Virus record (IMG/VR): IMGVR_UViG_3300045580_000402
Span: 1 to 47,945 of that record
Strand: one strand, 5' to 3'
Length of the DNA: 47,945 nt
DNA from: a virus
Taxonomy: Duplodnaviria > Caudoviricetes
Program-made: the position numbers and the translations under genes
Part shown: positions 45,821 to 47,945 of the stretch, one piece after another
How positions within the stretch are numbered: the first letter of the stretch is position 1
How the letters are laid out: every line of letters starts with the position of its first letter
Notes under the pieces: model-generated
Seen by the model: only the letters and a program-made list of their open reading frames with translations
What the model was told of the DNA's origin: nothing
Database searches by the model: none

Positions 45821-46243
45821 TCAGCGGCGAATCGCACCACCCAGCGACGGAGCCACGCCGGGAGCGAGCGTCCCGCCGCCCGACGGGGCTGCGGTGGGCG
45901 AGAGCGTGGGCGAGGACGCAGGGGCGGTAGGCTCTGGCGGATCGGGTGGCAGCAACGCGACGGCATCCGCCCAAGGCAGCACCTCCACCGCAGCGTTCAG
46001 CACCGCCTTATCCGCCGCTTCCCACATAGCGTGGAGCAGCCCGCCGGGTTCGATCTCGGTCAGCACATCCGCCGACAGCATTAGTCGCCCATCAACCAGC
46101 ACTCGCGGCACAGGGCGGCACTTGTTACTCCCATGCAGGCCATGCAACTCCGCGAGCCTGCCCGCGAGTTGCGGCGTGAACACCAGCGCGTACTGGCGTG
46201 CTGATTCGTAGCTGATCGGCAGAGTGAGATCGCCAAGCGTCAT
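45821..46243 (-). CDS. Hypothetical protein, possible tail fibre chaperone
   Basis: ATGA-coupled to the repeat protein; DGRLMLSADVLTE. Confidence 0.65.
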   Translation of the reverse strand: MTLGDLTLPISYESARQYALVFTPQLAGRLAELHGLHGSNKCRPVPRVLVDGRLMLSADVLTEIEPGGLLHAMWEAADKAVLNAAVEVLPWADAVALLPPDPPEPTAPASSPTLSPTAAPSGGGTLAPGVAPSLGGAIRR

Positions 46244-47766
46244 GGGATGGCCGCTCCGATGGCAGTGTAGAGCGTGTCAACTCGCGTCCGAAGCAGCGAG
46301 AGGTCAAGATGCTCGCCAATACTGTAAAACGCAATTCGCGCGTTCGATGGAGTGTCGTTTATCCGATTAAATATCCACAGATTCCCAGCCGCAGGCGTAG
46401 TGGTCGAAGCGGAAATAGTGCCTGATCCTGCGTTGACTCTCCACCCGAACGACGCCGCAAGACTTCGCGAGCATCCAATGAAACCAGTTTCCGTAGTGTA
46501 ATTATTCAGAGAACTACTGGACTGGTTTAAACGGAACCCAAGCTGCGTTGTTGACGCCACAATTTGCGAGTTGCCGACGCCGCTCGCGTTGTTTGTCCCG
46601 ATATACGACGGCCCGCCGCTACTCAACAAAGCGGTGGCGTAAACAGCCATGTGCTTGCTGTCCTGCGGGTCGGCGTTGTTGTTCCGGTTGCTATCCAGAT
46701 ATTTTGTTGATCCATTGCCGATCAGGCCCGTCTTCCGGTTGTAATCGCCGCTAACGAAATTGACGTTCGTCGGTGCCGACCCGACCAGCGGCGTCAACGC
46801 ACCGGATAGCGTGCGAGCGCCCATGAGGATGCAACTGGCCTTGATGGCCGACCAGATGCCATCCGCCTTGCAGCCGGTGATGAAGGCGTTGATTGCATCG
46901 CGGACGCCGGTTTCAAGTATCGCCCCGTCAGCGGCTTCAACTGCGTTGATGTAGGCGTTTACGTCGGCGTCGGCGTAGGTGGGGGCTAGTGCCGCTCCGA
47001 TGGAAGCGTAGAGCGTGTCAACGCGCGTCCGAAGCAGCGAGAGGTCAAGATGCTCGCCAATGCTGTAAAACGCGATTCTGGCAAGGGCTGGAGAAAAACC
47101 AAAACGACCAAGCACCCACAAATTGGCGGAAGCTGGCGCCGCAGAGGTATTCGACAAGGTTCCATTGCCTGCGTTCACTCGCCACCCAAATGAAGCGGAA
47201 AGGTTTCTTGAACACCCAATGAAACCGTTTTCGTTTTGGTAGTTGCTATTGGTGCCACTGGTCGAATTGACTCTTAAGCCAAGCTGATTGGTCAGTGCGG
47301 CAATACTGGAAGTGCCGCCAGCATTGGAGTTGCTCATTCCGAAGTAAGCCACCCCAGAAGCGGTGTCTGAGATTCTCTGGCTTGCATATACCGCCAGATG
47401 CTTGCTGTCCTGCGGGTCGGCGTTGTTGTTCCTGTTGCTATCCAGATATTTTGTTGATCCATCGCCAATCAGGCCCGTTTTGCGGCTGTAGTCGCCCGAG
47501 AGGAATGGCCCGTTATTCGTCGGGGCCACGCCGACCAGCGGCGTCAACGCGCCAGAGAGCGTGCGAGCGCCAATGAGGACGCAGGACGCCTTGATGGCCG
47601 ACCAGATGTTGTCGGTCTTGCAGCCGGTGATGAAGTCGCGGATGGCGTCCTTGACGGCCTGCTCCAACGGCTGCCCGTCAGCGGCTTCGACGGCGGCGAT
47701 GTAGTTCTGAACGTCGGAGTCGCCGCCTGCGGCCCTGGGGCGAAGAAGTCGGGGCGACATCGGCAT
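46240..47766 (-). CDS. Virion fibre/lectin-like protein made of two tandem ~250-aa repeats
   Basis: MPMSPRLLRP leader; duplicated DV..YI.AVEAADG...IKASC...ARIAFYSIGEHLDL units. Confidence 0.75.
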   Translation of the reverse strand: MPMSPRLLRPRAAGGDSDVQNYIAAVEAADGQPLEQAVKDAIRDFITGCKTDNIWSAIKASCVLIGARTLSGALTPLVGVAPTNNGPFLSGDYSRKTGLIGDGSTKYLDSNRNNNADPQDSKHLAVYASQRISDTASGVAYFGMSNSNAGGTSSIAALTNQLGLRVNSTSGTNSNYQNENGFIGCSRNLSASFGWRVNAGNGTLSNTSAAPASANLWVLGRFGFSPALARIAFYSIGEHLDLSLLRTRVDTLYASIGAALAPTYADADVNAYINAVEAADGAILETGVRDAINAFITGCKADGIWSAIKASCILMGARTLSGALTPLVGSAPTNVNFVSGDYNRKTGLIGNGSTKYLDSNRNNNADPQDSKHMAVYATALLSSGGPSYIGTNNASGVGNSQIVASTTQLGFRLNQSSSSLNNYTTETGFIGCSRSLAASFGWRVNAGSGTISASTTTPAAGNLWIFNRINDTPSNARIAFYSIGEHLDLSLLRTRVDTLYTAIGAAIP

Positions 47767-47811
47767 AGTGCGCTACTCGCTGTGACTCTACAGTAAGGGA
47801 TGTGGGGACGG

Positions 47812-47945
47812 TCAGACGACACGCCACCGGCTATCGGTCGCGTCGTAGACCAGGAGCGCCGCGCCGCCGTTCGCGGCCATGACGTAATCCCCTGCCCACG
47901 GCACAACGAGCCGGTTCGCGGCGGCCGAGCTTGTCGATTGGTGTT
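47812..47945 (-). CDS. C-terminus of a tail-fibre-like protein (partial)
   Basis: Translated by hand: ...HQSTSSAAANRLVVPWAGDYVMAANGGAALLVYDATDSRWRVV*. Confidence 0.6.
   Translation of the reverse strand, partial: HQSTSSAAANRLVVPWAGDYVMAANGGAALLVYDATDSRWRVV

Noticed and set aside
46240-47766. Diversity-generating retroelement TR/VR pair
   Set aside because: The repeats differ at all base types, both are in-frame protein domains, and no reverse transcriptase is present.
1-47945. CRISPR array, rRNA, IS element, Z-base or 7-deazaguanine pathway
   Set aside because: No repeat-spacer array, transposase, purZ or dpdA/que genes were recognised.

Overview
A near-complete, circularly permuted temperate siphovirus genome of about 48 kb with high GC. 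The host is most likely Planctomycetota, inferred from the zinc-ribbon membrane protein, CsrA and the CAP-like secreted protein. Minus-strand order: recombination/replication operon (about 15.0 to 4.8 kb); putative lysis and secreted-protease block (4.7 kb to 1); then, wrapping to the right end, tail-fibre-like genes, tRNA-Met(CAT), a Tad1-like anti-defence sponge, two HNH genes, DNA methylase, terminase, portal, prohead protease, HK97 capsid, head-tail and tail genes, tape measure, and a nucleotide-metabolism cassette (down to 23.9 kb). The centre (15.3-23.9 kb) holds accessory genes, tandem XRE repressors, a tyrosine integrase, an excisionase-like HTH, a Prim-Pol domain and a HicB/HicA-like pair. 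The most striking feature is in terL: its Walker A codons are interrupted by a 48-nt in-frame insert forming a 20-bp RNA hairpin whose 3-nt loop is an in-frame UGA, pointing to recoding (ribosomal bypass, readthrough or excision) of an essential gene. All product calls come from motif recognition by eye; no database searches were run.
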